Origin: an uncultured SAR86 cluster bacterium
Lineage (GTDB): Bacteria > Pseudomonadota > Gammaproteobacteria > Magnimaribacterales > D2472
Length of the DNA: 64,000 nt
Assembly (NCBI GenBank): GCA_902528875.1
Contig: CABZTX010000003.1
Coordinates: 13,068 to 77,067, forward strand
Direction: 5' to 3'
Shown here: one piece after another, positions 9,813 through 19,008 of the stretch
How positions within the stretch are numbered: position 1 is the stretch's first letter
How the letters are laid out: the number at the start of each line of letters is the position of its first letter
Position numbers and translations under genes: made by a program
The notes under the pieces: generated by a model
Told to the model about the DNA's origin: nothing
Database searches by the model: none
What the model saw: the letters and a program-made list of their open reading frames with translations, nothing else

Positions 9813-10343
9813 ATGTTTTTTGCAATAACCGAAGCATTTTCATCAATAAGAGACTTTATGGAAGCTGGTGGAAGTGTTTTATGGCTTATTGCGATTTTAG
9901 TATTTTTTATGTGGGCAATGATCTTTGAAAGAATATGGTATTTTTCTCATGGACATGAGTTCTATGTTCAAGATTTAGCAAGTAAATGGAATAGTAGATC
10001 TGATAAAACTTCTTGGCATGCGCTTCAAATAAGAGAGAAGATGTTGTCAGAGGCAAAAGTTGAGATTAGTAAAAACCTTTCAATAATACAAACTTGCATT
10101 GTTTTGGCCCCATTGTTTGGTCTACTGGGAACTGTTACTGGAATGATTGAGGTATTTCAAGTTATGGCTTTTAATGGTGGTGGGGATGCAAGAGCTATGG
10201 CAGGCGGAGTTTCAAAAGCGACATTGCCAACAATGGCTGGTATGGTTGTTGCACTTTCAGGAGTCTTTGCTAGCATATATTTAAATAGTGCTTCAGATAG
10301 GCATAATAATAATCTAAATGATCTTATCAAAAGAGTACTTTAG
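9813..10343 (+). CDS. exbB: ExbB/TolQ family proton channel
   Basis: 176 aa with the channel core APLFGLLGTVTGMIEVFQVM...GGVSKATLPTMAGMVVAL. Confidence 0.85.
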   Translation: MFFAITEAFSSIRDFMEAGGSVLWLIAILVFFMWAMIFERIWYFSHGHEFYVQDLASKWNSRSDKTSWHALQIREKMLSEAKVEISKNLSIIQTCIVLAPLFGLLGTVTGMIEVFQVMAFNGGGDARAMAGGVSKATLPTMAGMVVALSGVFASIYLNSASDRHNNNLNDLIKRVL

Positions 10344-10352
10344 GAGAATTTT

Positions 10353-10763
10353 ATGAGAAGAAATGCAATAAATGCAGCTGTAAAAGATGATGAAAGTGAA
10401 ATAAATTTAACACCAATGCTTGATGTTGTATTTATCATGCTTATTTTCTTTATTGTTACTGCTAATTTTATCAAAGAACCAGGATTAGAAATAAACAGAC
10501 CTGATTCAGATACTGCTGAGACACAAGAAAATGCAGCGATTCTTATTGCTGTAGGATCAAATGATGAAGTCTGGATGGATGGAAGAAGGATAGATGTAAG
10601 ACAAGTTAAAGCAAATGTCGTAAAAATGCTTGCAGATAATCCAAAGGGATCCGTTGTTATTCAAGCTGATGAAAAAGCTGTTGCTGATACAATAATTAAA
10701 GTGATGGATGGTGCAAGAGAAGCTGGAGTAAACGCAATTTCTCTAGCATCAGAACCTAAATAA
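10353..10763 (+). CDS. exbD: ExbD/TolR family protein
   Basis: 136 aa. INLTPMLDVVFIMLIFFIVT matches the ExbD/TolR N-terminal TM signature, including the conserved Asp. Confidence 0.85.
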   Translation: MRRNAINAAVKDDESEINLTPMLDVVFIMLIFFIVTANFIKEPGLEINRPDSDTAETQENAAILIAVGSNDEVWMDGRRIDVRQVKANVVKMLADNPKGSVVIQADEKAVADTIIKVMDGAREAGVNAISLASEPK

Positions 10764-10767
10764 TTTT

Positions 10768-11472
10768 ATGTATCAAGTTCTTTCTTTTTTTAATCTAATT
10801 TTTAAATCTGTTCATGAATTATATGTTCGAGCATTTAACTATAATAAATATGTTGCTGGTGTTGGCTTTTCCGTCTTAATTACATTTGTTTTATTTTCAA
10901 TAATGGTAATTTTAATTGCGTTGGGTGATAGTGGAATGAGGGATGATACGTCAGTCAAACTTGCAGATATTGTTATGCCAGAAAGAGAAATTGATACATT
11001 TATGACTGAGGTTGATAAACCAGAAAAGCCAGAGGAGCAACCTGAGGACATAGCTCAACCAGAACTTGATCTTGCACCATTAACAGGTATAGATGTCTCA
11101 ATGGCTAAACCTAAACCAGCTTTTCAAGCAGGTGGTTCCTTTTTTAGGGATGGAGAATATATACCGTTATTTAAGGTTGTCCCAATTTATCCAAGAAGAG
11201 CATTAGAAAGAGGCACAATGGGCTATGCTCTAGTAAAATTTACCATAACTGATACTGGAAGTGTTGAGAATCCAGAAATTGTTGAGGGCTATTGTTCTAG
11301 ACAGAATCCCGATGATCCAGATGCTGAATTTAGACCATGTAGTATGTTTAATAGCGCAACACAAAGGGCAGCATTGAAGTTAAAATATAAACCAAAAATT
11401 GTTGATGGAAAAGCTGTAGCAGTGGATGGTGTTCTTCATAGTTTTAAATATGTATTAGATGAGGCTAGCTAG
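10768..11472 (+). CDS. tonB: TonB family energy transducer
   Basis: N-terminal TM helix, Pro/Glu-rich spacer (KPEKPEEQPEDIAQPELDLAP) and a C-terminal TonB domain (PIYPRRALERGTMGYALVKFTITDTGSVENPEIVEG...ALKLKYKPK). The C-terminal domain carries a Cys-Cys-bounded insert (CSRQNPDDPDAEFRPC). Confidence 0.8.
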   Translation: MYQVLSFFNLIFKSVHELYVRAFNYNKYVAGVGFSVLITFVLFSIMVILIALGDSGMRDDTSVKLADIVMPEREIDTFMTEVDKPEKPEEQPEDIAQPELDLAPLTGIDVSMAKPKPAFQAGGSFFRDGEYIPLFKVVPIYPRRALERGTMGYALVKFTITDTGSVENPEIVEGYCSRQNPDDPDAEFRPCSMFNSATQRAALKLKYKPKIVDGKAVAVDGVLHSFKYVLDEAS

Positions 11473-11477
11473 TTAAC

Positions 11478-12890
11478 ATGAATAAATTTTTCTATAAATT
11501 TCTCTTTTTAAGTTTGAGCTTTTCTTTTGCATCAATCCCTTTATCTGTTGAAGCACAATCCTCAGCTGATAATAAAAAACCAGTTAAATATAAAAAAGCA
11601 AGGGCTCTTCAGTCCTCAACAGCAAAAAAAATGGCCAAAGTCTATGAGGCTCTTGAAGCAGTTGATGAAAAAGGAGAACCTGCACCAGATATGGAAACTG
11701 TTCTTTCTGTCCTAAACGATTTAAAAGCAAATAAAGATGATCTTAAAAGTTATGATCGATCAGTTATGTGGAATGCTTGGGCATATGTTTATTTTAGTGA
11801 TGCAAAATATAAACAAGCATTAGATGCTTACAACAATTTAATGAATGAACCAGAGTCAACAATACCCCTGAGAACAGGTGCTCTTTTGTCGATGGGGCAA
11901 TTAAGTATGGTCTTAGAAAATTATGATCAGGGTATCAAATATATTTTGCAATGGATGGATGAAGTTGAGAAGGTTACTGCTCAGGCCTGGTCTTTTTTAG
12001 GACAAGCATATTTTGCTAAAGAAGATTACAGAAAATCATACTCTGCTATTGAAAAAGCTATTCAACTTGCTGAAGAGGAAGGCTACAAACCAAGAGAGAA
12101 TTGGTATGTAATCATGGCAGCTAATATTAATGAACTTAAGTCTGAAATTGGAGAGGAAAAATCACTACTTCAACAAATTGATATTTATGAAATTCTTGTA
12201 AATCTGTATCCTAAAAAACAGTACTTTATTCAATTGGGGGGCTCATATGGTCAGCTTGGAAGAGAAAGAGATTACATGATCACCCTGAAAGCTGCTTATT
12301 TAAAAGATTTCTTAAATAAAGAATCAGAATATTTAGCACTAGCTCAATTATTACTACTAAATAAAAATCCATATTGGGCAGCTGACGTTATAACATCTGG
12401 ACAAAAAAAGATGGTAACTATAGTAGATGAAGAAACCAAAGAAGAAAAAGTTGAACCAGTTGTAAAAGACACAGAAAAAAATCTTAAATTGCTTGCAGAT
12501 TCGTGGAGAATGGCTCAAGAGATTGATAAAGCAATTCCTGTATTGGAGAAATCTGCAAAAATGTCCAAAAAAGGCACCTCATATGTAATTTTAGGTAATT
12601 TATATTTATCAGAGGATAGGGTAGATAAAGCTATCGAAGCAATCAACAAAGGTCTTGAGAAAGGAGATATTAAAAATATATCTCAAGTTTATCTTACATT
12701 AGGCCAGGCTTATTTTGAGCTTCAAAATTTTGATGAAGCAAGAAAAAACTTTAGAATCGCGGCTAGGGATAAAAAGAAGTCAATAAAGACTCAAGCAAAT
12801 ACTTGGCTAAAATATACTGAAAATGAAGAAATAAGGGTTAAAAACTTGTCATTGAGAAGAGATTTTATACAACAAAACACATCATCATAA
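11478..12890 (+). CDS. TPR-repeat periplasmic protein (TtpD-like, last gene of the TonB2-type cluster)
   Basis: Signal peptide (FLFLSLSFSFASIPLSVEAQ) and multiple TPR-like A/Y/L-spaced helices (AWSFLGQAYFAKEDYRKSYSAIEKAIQL, LTLGQAYFELQNFDEARKNF). Lies directly after tonB. Confidence 0.7.
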   Translation: MNKFFYKFLFLSLSFSFASIPLSVEAQSSADNKKPVKYKKARALQSSTAKKMAKVYEALEAVDEKGEPAPDMETVLSVLNDLKANKDDLKSYDRSVMWNAWAYVYFSDAKYKQALDAYNNLMNEPESTIPLRTGALLSMGQLSMVLENYDQGIKYILQWMDEVEKVTAQAWSFLGQAYFAKEDYRKSYSAIEKAIQLAEEEGYKPRENWYVIMAANINELKSEIGEEKSLLQQIDIYEILVNLYPKKQYFIQLGGSYGQLGRERDYMITLKAAYLKDFLNKESEYLALAQLLLLNKNPYWAADVITSGQKKMVTIVDEETKEEKVEPVVKDTEKNLKLLADSWRMAQEIDKAIPVLEKSAKMSKKGTSYVILGNLYLSEDRVDKAIEAINKGLEKGDIKNISQVYLTLGQAYFELQNFDEARKNFRIAARDKKKSIKTQANTWLKYTENEEIRVKNLSLRRDFIQQNTSS

Positions 12891-13391
12891 TTACCTTATA
12901 TATTCCTCTATTTTAAAGTCATAATCATTATTTGTATCTTTTGTGAAAGATTGAGTTTTAATTAATTTCCAACTTGATAAATCTATTTCTGGGTAATAAA
13001 TATCACCATCTATTTCACAGTCTACTCTTGTTAATATAAGCTTGTTAATATTTCTCATAGTTTCCCTAAACAAATACCCTCCACCTATAATTACAATTTC
13101 ATCTTTTTGAATGCATGCACACTCTTTATAAGCCTCATGAATAGCTTCCTTTGTTGATGAAAATATTTTTACTCCATCAATATTTTTGATAGTTGTAGAG
13201 ACTACATAATTTATTCTGTTTGGCAAAGGTCTTCCTATAGACTCAAATGTTTTTCTTCCCATAATAATTATTTTATTTGAAGTATATTCCTTAAAGTGAG
13301 CAAGATCAGATTTAAGACTCCATGGCAAATCGTTATCAATACCTATAACATTATTGTTAGATAAGGCCACTACATGAGATATCTTTATCAT
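12891..13391 (-). CDS. folA: Dihydrofolate reductase
   Basis: LPWSLKSDLAHFKEYT and MGRKTFESIGRPLPNR motifs. 166 aa. Directly downstream of thyA with no spacer. Confidence 0.9.
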   Translation of the reverse strand: MIKISHVVALSNNNVIGIDNDLPWSLKSDLAHFKEYTSNKIIIMGRKTFESIGRPLPNRINYVVSTTIKNIDGVKIFSSTKEAIHEAYKECACIQKDEIVIIGGGYLFRETMRNINKLILTRVDCEIDGDIYYPEIDLSSWKLIKTQSFTKDTNNDYDFKIEEYIR

Positions 13392-14255
13392 TTAAATAGC
13401 CATTTTTGCCTTGATTGGTGGATGGTGCTCATAACCATCTAAAATAAAGTCATTTACACCATAATGTTTGAGATCATCTAATGATTTAATGTTTGGAATT
13501 TTTAAAGTTGGTAATGGCTTGGGCGATCTAGAAATCTGTTCCTTTACTTGCTCAATAGAATTTTTATATATGTGAGCGTCCCCAAATGAGTGTATAAATC
13601 TTCTAGGTTTAAGACCTAAAATTTTTGCAAAAATAGAAAGAAGAAGTGCATAGCTTGCAATATTAAATGGAACACCTAGAAACATGTCTGCACTTCTTTG
13701 GTACATATGACAACTAATTTCTTTTCCATTTATATAAAATTGAGACATAACATGACAGGGTGGCAATGCCATTTTATCAAGCTCACCAACATTCCATGCT
13801 GAAAGTATGTGTCTTCTGCTATTTGGATTCTCTTTAATATTTGTTAACAATTCTTTTACTTGATCTATTCCAGTCCAATTTCGCCACTGAACTCCATAGA
13901 CTGGGCCTAATATTTTTTTTGTTTGATTGTTGTCATAACCTAATGCTTTTCCCTGATTTTCAGCATTGTCAGTCCAAATGGTTGAAAATTTATCTAAGTC
14001 AGCAAGCTCTTCTCTATTTTTTTGAAAACGAATTTCTGCTAACCTTCTTTCGTCATCTGATCCCTCCAAAAACCAAAGCAATTCTGAGACAACTCCTTTC
14101 CATGCAAGAGATTTTGTTGTAACTGCCGGAAAACCTTCTTCAAGATCAAATTCTAGTTGGTGACCAAAAGAAGAGATAGTTCCTATATTTGTTCTATCTT
14201 CTTTGTCGTCACCTTTTTCAAGTATTAACCTCAAAAGATCAATATATGCTTTCAT
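13392..14255 (-). CDS. thyA: Thymidylate synthase (ThyA type)
   Basis: Catalytic-Cys motif LPPCHVMSQFY, plus RRHILSAWN and DAHIY motifs. Confidence 0.95.
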   Translation of the reverse strand: MKAYIDLLRLILEKGDDKEDRTNIGTISSFGHQLEFDLEEGFPAVTTKSLAWKGVVSELLWFLEGSDDERRLAEIRFQKNREELADLDKFSTIWTDNAENQGKALGYDNNQTKKILGPVYGVQWRNWTGIDQVKELLTNIKENPNSRRHILSAWNVGELDKMALPPCHVMSQFYINGKEISCHMYQRSADMFLGVPFNIASYALLLSIFAKILGLKPRRFIHSFGDAHIYKNSIEQVKEQISRSPKPLPTLKIPNIKSLDDLKHYGVNDFILDGYEHHPPIKAKMAI

Positions 14256-15048
14256 TTTTTTTCCTTGAGTAAATTAAAATTATCACTCCTGCAATTATCA
14301 TTGGGATACATAAAACTTGGCCCATGCTCACAGAGTCAAATGCTACATATCCAATGTGCGCATCAGGCTGCCTATAAAATTCAATTATAAATCTTATTGC
14401 ACCATAAAATATAAGAAATGATGAACAAATTAAACCTTTTACGCTAGTTAATTTGCTTACAATATAAAGCATCAAAAATAATATTATTCCTTCTCCGAAT
14501 GATTCATATAATTGTGAGGGGTGTCGAGCAAAACCATAGGGATCAGTAGGAAAAATAAAACCCCAGGCTTGATTAGTTGCTCTTCCATAAAGTTCTCCAT
14601 TTAAGAAGTTACCAATGCGAACTAGACCAAGACCAATTGGCATTGCCATTGCGATTGCATCCATAAGCCAAAAAAAGTCAATTTCATTTCTTTTACAAAA
14701 TACTATTAAACTTAAAATAACTCCTATTAAGCCACCATGAAAACTTAGACCACCTTGCCAAATATAAAAAAGTGAAATAGGGTTATTAATTAATTGCTCA
14801 GTTCCATAAAAAATCATATAACCTACTCTACCACCACACATTGCTCCAAAAAAAAGACCATAAAGGAATACCATGTCATTTACCTTTTCTGAACTTAACC
14901 CAATGCTACGTATTATTTTATTCTTCTTTAAGAATAGATATATGAATAACGCTGAAAGCAACCAGGTAACAGCATAATATTGTATTCTAAGAGATCCAAA
15001 TGATATTAAACTTGGATTATTGAAAAATTCTGGCAATTCAAAAATCAT
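14239..15048 (-). CDS. lgt: Prolipoprotein diacylglyceryl transferase
   Basis: GGRVGYMIFYG, GGLSFHGGLIG and ARHPSQLYES motifs. Start set to ATG 15048 (MIFELPEF...), which forms an ATGA overlap with the upstream gene's stop. The ORF-track start at 15084 would overlap that gene by 40 nt. Confidence 0.9.
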   Translation of the reverse strand: MIFELPEFFNNPSLISFGSLRIQYYAVTWLLSALFIYLFLKKNKIIRSIGLSSEKVNDMVFLYGLFFGAMCGGRVGYMIFYGTEQLINNPISLFYIWQGGLSFHGGLIGVILSLIVFCKRNEIDFFWLMDAIAMAMPIGLGLVRIGNFLNGELYGRATNQAWGFIFPTDPYGFARHPSQLYESFGEGIILFLMLYIVSKLTSVKGLICSSFLIFYGAIRFIIEFYRQPDAHIGYVAFDSVSMGQVLCIPMIIAGVIILIYSRKKNESIY

Positions 15049-15851
15049 ACTAAAATCATATATATTGAAACAATAAAAAACCATCCTGCCATTATATTTT
15101 TTAGAGTTTCTTGTGAAAAATAATGTGCAAGCATTGCACCATATTTTGCTCCAAAAACACTTGTAATTGAGATACCTATTAAGGCTGGGAGATAGACATA
15201 GCCAAAACTATAAATAGGCAAGCTTTCAATATTTATTCCTGCAATAACATAACCTAAGCTACCAAAAATCGCTATTGGAACACCGCACGCTGCAGACGTA
15301 CCAATTGATGTTGTAAGATTCAATCCATAAGCTTTGAAATATGGCACTGAGAAGGTTCCTCCACCTATTCCAAGGATTGAAGATAAGAATCCAATTATTG
15401 ATCCAGCAAATATTGATTTTGATTTATTTGGTCGGATTGACTTTGAAAAAAGTTTTATTCCAAACAATATTTGCAACCCCGCTAAAAAAATAAATATACC
15501 AATTGAAATTTTCAAAATAATACCGTCGATCTGAACAGCAAAAAGAGCTCCAGCAATTGCACCAAAAATTATTCCAGTTGCAACGGGCTTAAAATATGAA
15601 AAATCTATTGAATTTCTTTTATTGTGAGCTCTTGCAGACGAAAAACCAGTAAATATTATGCATGCAATGGAAGTCCCTATCGCTAAATGGACAATAATTT
15701 CACTTTCAAAATTTAAATTTACAAAAGTTCCTATTAAAACAGGAACAATTATTAAGCCACCTCCAATTCCAAACATACCTGCTAAAACTCCAGCTAATAT
15801 TCCTAGAGAAGCAAATATCAAAATTTCATCAAACATCACTAAACTCTTCAT
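15045..15851 (-). CDS. TauE/SafE (DUF81) family anion-exporter membrane protein
   Basis: 268 aa, about 8 TM helices, with the duplicated glycine-rich motif GIGGGLIIVP / GIGGGTFSVP typical of TauE/SafE. Confidence 0.8.
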   Translation of the reverse strand: MKSLVMFDEILIFASLGILAGVLAGMFGIGGGLIIVPVLIGTFVNLNFESEIIVHLAIGTSIACIIFTGFSSARAHNKRNSIDFSYFKPVATGIIFGAIAGALFAVQIDGIILKISIGIFIFLAGLQILFGIKLFSKSIRPNKSKSIFAGSIIGFLSSILGIGGGTFSVPYFKAYGLNLTTSIGTSAACGVPIAIFGSLGYVIAGINIESLPIYSFGYVYLPALIGISITSVFGAKYGAMLAHYFSQETLKNIMAGWFFIVSIYMILV

Positions 15852-16314
15852 GAAAAGAATTTCTTAAACTATTCATTGCTTGACAATATACCTTCTGTTT
15901 AAAGGAAACTATCACATTAAGGGGATACCAATAGGATACCCACATATACTCCTCAAACTCATTTGCTGGATCGTTTTCAAATGTAATTTCTACATTCTCA
16001 ATTAATTTGAACATGAACCACTTTTGCTTTTGACCTTTAAATTTTCTGTCAAGAAAGTTTCTTCTTCTACTTTTTGAAGGTACTTCATACTTAAACCAAT
16101 CTTCAGTTGAGTTTATTAATTTTACTGATTTAGATTGTATGCCTACTTCTTCAAAGAGTTCTCTTTTTGCAGATTTTAATGGTGACTCACCGTCATCAAT
16201 TCCACCTTGAGGAAATTGCCAACTATTCATATTTCTTCGTTTACATATCAATACTTTTTTATCTTTATTAATCACAACTAAAGCTACATTCAATCTATAT
16301 CCAGGCTCTCTCAT
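15829..16314 (-). CDS. rppH: RNA pyrophosphohydrolase (Nudix)
   Basis: Nudix box GGIDDGESPLKSAKRELFEEVGI. N-terminus GYRLNVALVVIN resembles RppH. Lies in the rppH...lgt-thyA neighbourhood as in E. coli. Confidence 0.85.
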   Translation of the reverse strand: MREPGYRLNVALVVINKDKKVLICKRRNMNSWQFPQGGIDDGESPLKSAKRELFEEVGIQSKSVKLINSTEDWFKYEVPSKSRRRNFLDRKFKGQKQKWFMFKLIENVEITFENDPANEFEEYMWVSYWYPLNVIVSFKQKVYCQAMNSLRNSFHEEFSDV

Positions 16315-16317
16315 ATA

Positions 16318-17865
16318 TTATTTTTTTGAATTGATACCTTTATTAATTAAGTAGACAAAAATTAGGCTAATAAAAATTAAAATGATGCTCGGACTCGATG
16401 CCAATATCCATTGACCTTCACTTGTATAGTTATATATTTTAGTTGACAGGGTATCAAATCCAACTGGTCTTAATAACAGAGTAGCAGGTTGTTCTTTTAT
16501 AGATTCTATAAAAACAATCATGAATCCAATTACTAAACCTGGCTTTAACTGAGGCAATAAAACTTGTTTGAATGCCTTGTAAGAATTTGTTGGCATTAAC
16601 GATAAAGAACTCATAGATGATTGAGACATATTCTTTAATGATGTTAGCAAATAGTTAAATGGTGGAGTCATAAATCTTACACTTAGACATAAAATCAGGC
16701 CAAAAATACCGATAGTTGTAAGGGAAGTATTAAAAAAATAGTCAAAGAAAAATAATAATCCTGCAGAAATGACGGAACCAGGTATCGCATATCCAGAAGT
16801 TGAAATCGATATTACTAACTTAATTTTATTAAAACTCTGATAACTTAAAGCAAGAGACATAGCTATAAAAACTGTCAAGCCTGCAACTAGTAGTCCAATT
16901 AGAAGTGAATTAAAAATTAAACTTAAGTTACTAATAACAGTCATTGAAGCTGATGAAAAGCTCCATGTTATTAGTTGTACCAACGGAATACAAAATACGA
17001 AAACAAAGATTACAAGACATCCAAGAAAAGATAAATATTTGTTTCGTTTACTTAATTCTATTTTTTCAAATTCCTCTGAGGATTTAGAGGCTAAATATTC
17101 TGAACTTACCCCAAGACTTTTTCCTAGAAACATTAAAAATAAGACATATATCATTAGATAACCTGCAAGTTTAACTGCAGATACATAGCTTTGATATCCA
17201 AACCAAGCTTCATAGATACCTATTGTAAAAGTATCAACTCTTAGAGTTGAGACACCACCAAAATCAGATATTGTTTCGAACATCACCAATGTGATACCAC
17301 CTATAATTGCTGGTCTCATAGACGGGAGAATTACTTTATAAATGGCTTGAATATTATTTTGACCTAATGTTTTTGCTGCTTTAAAAATTTTTGTTCCTGA
17401 TGTGGATAGCTGAGCCCTAATTAAAATAAATATATATGGGAATAATGCCATTGACATAATAATTGAAGCTCCAATCAGATTTTTTAAAGATGGCAAATAA
17501 ATATTAAAGTTACGAAAAAGTTCTGAGATAGGACTGGAGTACTCAAAAATCCCTACATAGATAAATGAATAAACATAAACAGGAAAGGCAATTGATAAAC
17601 TAAGACTCCAGTTAAAAAACTGATGACCAGGAAACTTATAAAAAGTTACTAAAATTGCAAGTGGTATAGCAATTAATGCAGATATTAAGCCTGTCAGAAG
17701 AGATAAGAGAATAGTATTTAAAAATAAAATAGATAAGTATCTATTGTTTATATATTCACTCTCAATATCAGAACTAAACGACAAAAAGAAAAATGCAATA
17801 AAAAAAAATGAAGAAAAAATAAGCCATGGTGATGAAACGTATCTCCAAATTTTAAGGTTGTTCAT
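16318..17865 (-). CDS. Fused two-domain ABC transporter permease (Fe3+/thiamine FbpB/ThiP type)
   Basis: 515 aa, about 12 TM helices, with an EAA-like loop (KAAKTLGQNNIQAIYKVILPSMRPAIIGG). No ATPase or binding-protein gene is adjacent. Confidence 0.75.
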   Translation of the reverse strand: MNNLKIWRYVSSPWLIFSSFFFIAFFFLSFSSDIESEYINNRYLSILFLNTILLSLLTGLISALIAIPLAILVTFYKFPGHQFFNWSLSLSIAFPVYVYSFIYVGIFEYSSPISELFRNFNIYLPSLKNLIGASIIMSMALFPYIFILIRAQLSTSGTKIFKAAKTLGQNNIQAIYKVILPSMRPAIIGGITLVMFETISDFGGVSTLRVDTFTIGIYEAWFGYQSYVSAVKLAGYLMIYVLFLMFLGKSLGVSSEYLASKSSEEFEKIELSKRNKYLSFLGCLVIFVFVFCIPLVQLITWSFSSASMTVISNLSLIFNSLLIGLLVAGLTVFIAMSLALSYQSFNKIKLVISISTSGYAIPGSVISAGLLFFFDYFFNTSLTTIGIFGLILCLSVRFMTPPFNYLLTSLKNMSQSSMSSLSLMPTNSYKAFKQVLLPQLKPGLVIGFMIVFIESIKEQPATLLLRPVGFDTLSTKIYNYTSEGQWILASSPSIILIFISLIFVYLINKGINSKK

Positions 17866-17867
17866 TT

Positions 17868-18974
17868 TTATTCTTTAGCGCTTATATTTTTTGGCTGATC
17901 AATAATTTTTTTTGATTTTGCACCCAAATCTTCAAGTTCTTTGATTTGATCAAAAAGATTACCTTTTCCAGAAGTTAATTTGTTTTCTGCACCCTCAAAT
18001 GATCTCTCAGCAAGCCTAAGATATTTTCCAATATTTATAATATCATCATTGAGACCAGAAAATTTATCAATTAGGAGGCCAGCTCTTTTTGCAATCATAG
18101 ATGCATTCTCATTTTGAGCATCTAATCTCCATAGACTTTCAGCCATCCTAAGAATTGCAATTAGATTAGTTGGGGTTACAAAACCCATTTGATTTTGCAT
18201 AGCAGTCCTTTGAATATCCCAGTCATTTGATAAAGCAAGTGATAGAGCAGATTCTATTGGGACAAACAGTAAGACATAATCAGGTGAGTTCAATGCTGGA
18301 ATATCTCTATAATTTTTTGATGCTAAATCTTTAAGATGACCTTTAAAAGAATTTATATGCTCTTTAAGATATACTTTTTTTTCATCTTCATTATTTTCAT
18401 TAACAAAATTTGAATAAGCTGTTAATGATACTTTTGAATCAATGATAATATTTCTATCACCTGGTAAATATATAACTGCATCTGGTATAACGATATTTCC
18501 TTTTTGATTCTTAAATCCTTTTTGAACTTCGTAATCTTTTCCTTTTCTTAATCCAGATTCTTCAAGGGTTTTCTCTAGTAGCTGCTCTCCCCATAACCCT
18601 TGTGCTTTGGAGTCACCTTTTAATGCATTTGTGAGATTATCTGCATCAATACTAAGTTTGTTGGTTTGTTCAATAACTTTACTTACTTCGTTTGAGAAAC
18701 TTTCTTTTGCTGCAGATTGCTCTTTTTTTAAATTCACAATTTGCTCATTTAATTCTTTGATTTGAGTCTTAAAAGGCTTTAGGGTCTCATTTATCCTATC
18801 TATGTTATCTTTTGACTGAGTTTGATTTTTTTCATCAAGGACCTTTGATACTAAGTTAACTAAATCTGCATCCATTAGTTTTCTGTTATATTTTTTTAAA
18901 AAAAATGCAGAAGCTAAAAAAAGTATAAAAAACAAAGGCAGTAGAATAAAAAGAATCAAATTTTCTTGTAACAT
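17868..18974 (-). CDS. rmuC: DNA recombination protein RmuC
   Basis: N-terminal TM helix, coiled coil, and a C-terminal RmuC nuclease-like core (PDAVIYLPGDRNIIIDSKVSL...DYVLLFVPIESA). Confidence 0.85.
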   Translation of the reverse strand: MLQENLILFILLPLFFILFLASAFFLKKYNRKLMDADLVNLVSKVLDEKNQTQSKDNIDRINETLKPFKTQIKELNEQIVNLKKEQSAAKESFSNEVSKVIEQTNKLSIDADNLTNALKGDSKAQGLWGEQLLEKTLEESGLRKGKDYEVQKGFKNQKGNIVIPDAVIYLPGDRNIIIDSKVSLTAYSNFVNENNEDEKKVYLKEHINSFKGHLKDLASKNYRDIPALNSPDYVLLFVPIESALSLALSNDWDIQRTAMQNQMGFVTPTNLIAILRMAESLWRLDAQNENASMIAKRAGLLIDKFSGLNDDIINIGKYLRLAERSFEGAENKLTSGKGNLFDQIKELEDLGAKSKKIIDQPKNISAKE

Positions 18975-19008
18975 ATACTTATTATTCCATTAAAATATCT
19001 TACATACT

